NCBI RefSeq assembly: GCF_034520545.1
Contig: NZ_JAXHNN010000009.1
Coordinates: forward strand, 298,236-322,235
Source: Halomonas sp.
GTDB taxonomy: Bacteria; Pseudomonadota; Gammaproteobacteria; Pseudomonadales; Halomonadaceae
Direction: 5' to 3'
Length of the DNA: 24,000 nucleotides
In this document: piece by piece, positions 22,311 to 24,000 of the stretch
Position numbering within the stretch: position 1 is the stretch's first letter
Layout: the number at the start of each line of letters is the position of its first letter
The notes under the pieces: model-generated
What the model saw: the letters and a program-made list of their open reading frames with translations, nothing else
Databases searched by the model: none
Told to the model about the DNA's origin: nothing
Translations under genes and position numbers: made by a program

Positions 22311-22690
22311 CAAATTACAGTAATGCCAGAATGACTCAAGCTAGAAAGACGCTATTGCTAATCACTGGGCTTTACGGATGCTAAGGCATGGAACACCTTA
22401 AGTGTGCAATGCCTGTATCTCAATCTACCAGTAGGCAAGTGACTATTGTGTATCTTGATACAGCAAGGGGAATGTTCGATAGTTTATCTTATTAATACAG
22501 ATGTCCCGTGACGCCAAGCAGTCGGCGCTACTAAAGTGCGCCGAGTCTGACAGGAGTATGTCTCCGTAATTTCATTCTAGCATGAGTTAGCGGTTGTTGA
22601 TGGAAGCCTGGTTTTATTGGTTTCTTGTTTTTCGTGTTCTCTTCTCGCCCTGATGGGGCGATGAGAGCGGGTTAGAGATTTAGGAGATTG

Positions 22691-23398
22691 ATGATGATAA
22701 ACGATCGGTGTATGAACCGTAACTTGACGCCAATTACTGCGCCGGAGTATTCCCCCGAACCAGGGGTCGTGTTACCGATCTTGACGCAGGAAGGGCCGGT
22801 TGCAAAGGAGTATCTGGATATTATTTATCGTGTGACCTGGCAGGCGGTCGACGAGTACCGGCGTGTGTTGGTGTGCCGGTTCGACCTGACCTTGCCGCAT
22901 GGCGTGCCGTTGCCTGATGACGCCTACTCGAATCAGCCGCTACAGCGCTGCTTGGCCTCCTTTCAGGCCAAGGTGGATCAAGATCGCCTGCGTCGACAGA
23001 GTCCGCATGCCTGTCGGGTGCGTTACGTGGTAGCCCGTGAGATCAGCTCAGACGGCATGCCCCACTTCCACCTGATGCTGTTCTTCAACCTGCATGCCTA
23101 CAATACGCCGGGGACGGTGGATTACGAGGGTCGCAACCTCTTTGTCATGCTCTGTGAAGCTTGGGCGAGCGCACTGAGGGTGCCTGTCGAGACGGCGCGG
23201 CCTGGTGTACAGCTGTGTCGGGGACGCTTAGTGGAACAGGCGGGCTGGCATGGGCCGATGTATACCCACTACTACCTCGAGCCGGGTAACCACTACGCGG
23301 CCCTTCCGGCGATGTTCCTCCGCGGCAGCTACCTGTGCAAGCTCTACAGTAAGCGCTTCGGGGATGGTCACCGTGCTTTCTTGCACAGCCACCGATAA
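22691..23398 (+). CDS. YagK/YfjJ-family protein (inovirus Gp2-like domain)
   Basis: The start is the ATG at 22691 or 22694, after TAGGAG. RVLVCRFDLTLPHG...FQAKVDQDRLRR...VRYVVAREISSDGMPHFHLMLFFN...GSYLCKLYSKRFGDGHRAF follows the pattern of E. coli cryptic-prophage YagK/YfjJ proteins (R.DLR.P...; Y.W.RE....G.HYH..L..N; SYL.K...K..G.G.R.F). Confidence 0.8.
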   Translation: MMINDRCMNRNLTPITAPEYSPEPGVVLPILTQEGPVAKEYLDIIYRVTWQAVDEYRRVLVCRFDLTLPHGVPLPDDAYSNQPLQRCLASFQAKVDQDRLRRQSPHACRVRYVVAREISSDGMPHFHLMLFFNLHAYNTPGTVDYEGRNLFVMLCEAWASALRVPVETARPGVQLCRGRLVEQAGWHGPMYTHYYLEPGNHYAALPAMFLRGSYLCKLYSKRFGDGHRAFLHSHR

Positions 23399-23755
23399 TC
23401 GATCGCTGTGACTTTTCTTGCTTTCTGCTATCCCGATTCTCTGTGAGCGGTGCCCTACACGCCTCTACCTTGGTTTTCTGCTGGGTCGTGCTGCGACATG
23501 GTCTACCACCTTGATTTCAATGGCCGGGATCTTTCATTTGTCGCCATACTGTCAACGATTCCTCGGCGTTGACCAATTTGCCTCCTCCGCTTGCAGGTCG
23601 TGAAGGAAGCCTTCAGCGCATCAGAGGTTGTTGGTAGTGCGACAGTGATCCATGGTAGGCAACTTATCCTTACGCTTAATCAGGAGATATTAAATATAGC
23701 CCGAGGCGATCATCCGTATTTACTACATGAATTTTACTTTTACATGGCAGGCAAG

Positions 23756-24000
23756 CTATCGATCCAGATTTAGATCGTTAGAATCATAGGGTTCATCGGT
23801 GTTGTTACAAAAATGGCGAACCGCTTCGACAATGCTAATGGCAACCAACTGTTGGTGTTCCTCCCCTGCCAAGATCACCTCTTCACTTCGATTGACTATA
23901 ACGCCTGCCTCTAAAAGAACAGCAGGCATAATCGCGCTCTTTAGTACCACCAAATCATCAAAACGGTAAATTCCAAGGTTTGAATTCAAAAGGGGGCGAT
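23756..24000 (-). CDS. N-acetylmuramoyl-L-alanine amidase (Amidase_3 type), 3' end only; the gene continues beyond the window
   Basis: The C-terminal sequence ...LVVLKSAIMPAVLLEAGVIVNRSEEVILAGEEHQQLVAISIVEAVRHF matches the AmiA/B/C-type motif (l.vL.....PavLvE.gfisN..Ee..L......q..iA.ai...i). The reading frame is open to position 24000. Confidence 0.7.
   Translation of the reverse strand, partial: RPLLNSNLGIYRFDDLVVLKSAIMPAVLLEAGVIVNRSEEVILAGEEHQQLVAISIVEAVRHFCNNTDEPYDSNDLNLDR

Noticed and set aside
23418-23773. Two ~60-aa plus-strand ORFs between the YagK/YfjJ gene and the amidase gene.
   Set aside because: They use non-ATG or weak starts, have no SD and no motifs, and one overlaps the amidase gene end. 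I treat the region as intergenic.
1-24000. A search by eye for tRNA/tmRNA genes or att-type direct repeats that would mark the ends of the mobile element.
   Set aside because: I could not recognise any cloverleaf-compatible sequence or long direct repeat. The element boundaries probably lie outside the window. A tRNAscan/Infernal run would be the proper test.

Overview
This window is a 24-kb mosaic accessory region from a GC-rich, gammaproteobacterial-type genome. The taxon is a guess based on the MvaT-type silencer and umuDC.

**Left third (1-7600), mostly gene debris.** An SRAP/YedK gene is cut by an IS1595-family element. A secreted Sel1-repeat protein follows. A 43-codon hsdR 5' stub is fused directly to a umuC 3' remnant. 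A large RES-domain protein with a four-Cys N-terminal domain is intact. The rest is nested IS30 / IS1380 / IS3 debris.

**Centre, the main candidate system.** An SOS-type umuDC operon (minus strand) is divergent from a tightly coupled four-gene operon at 9770-14341 that is visibly more AT-rich than its flanks. The four genes are:
- a KAP-family P-loop NTPase;
- an unknown protein with an MG start and a P/Q/G-rich N-terminus;
- a QueC-like PP-loop ATPase with an N-terminal extension;
- a TatD-family metal hydrolase.

This architecture matches the published QatABCD anti-phage system, so it is not strictly undescribed. To my knowledge its mechanism is still essentially unresolved.

**Right third.** The minus strand carries a mobile-element backbone: an MvaT/H-NS-like protein, RadC/JAB, a YqaJ exonuclease, an ERF annealing protein, DUF932 and a zinc-ribbon/glycine-zipper protein. 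Beyond it lie a hyper-acidic repeat protein (DNA-mimic candidate), an IS10-like/ISL3 chimeric remnant, a 0.9-kb ORF-free AT-rich tract with CAATAG repeats, a YagK/YfjJ (inovirus Gp2-like) gene, and the 3' end of a cell-wall amidase gene.

I saw no rRNA, tRNA or CRISPR array. All calls rest on reading the translated ORFs and the DNA by eye; no database search was run.
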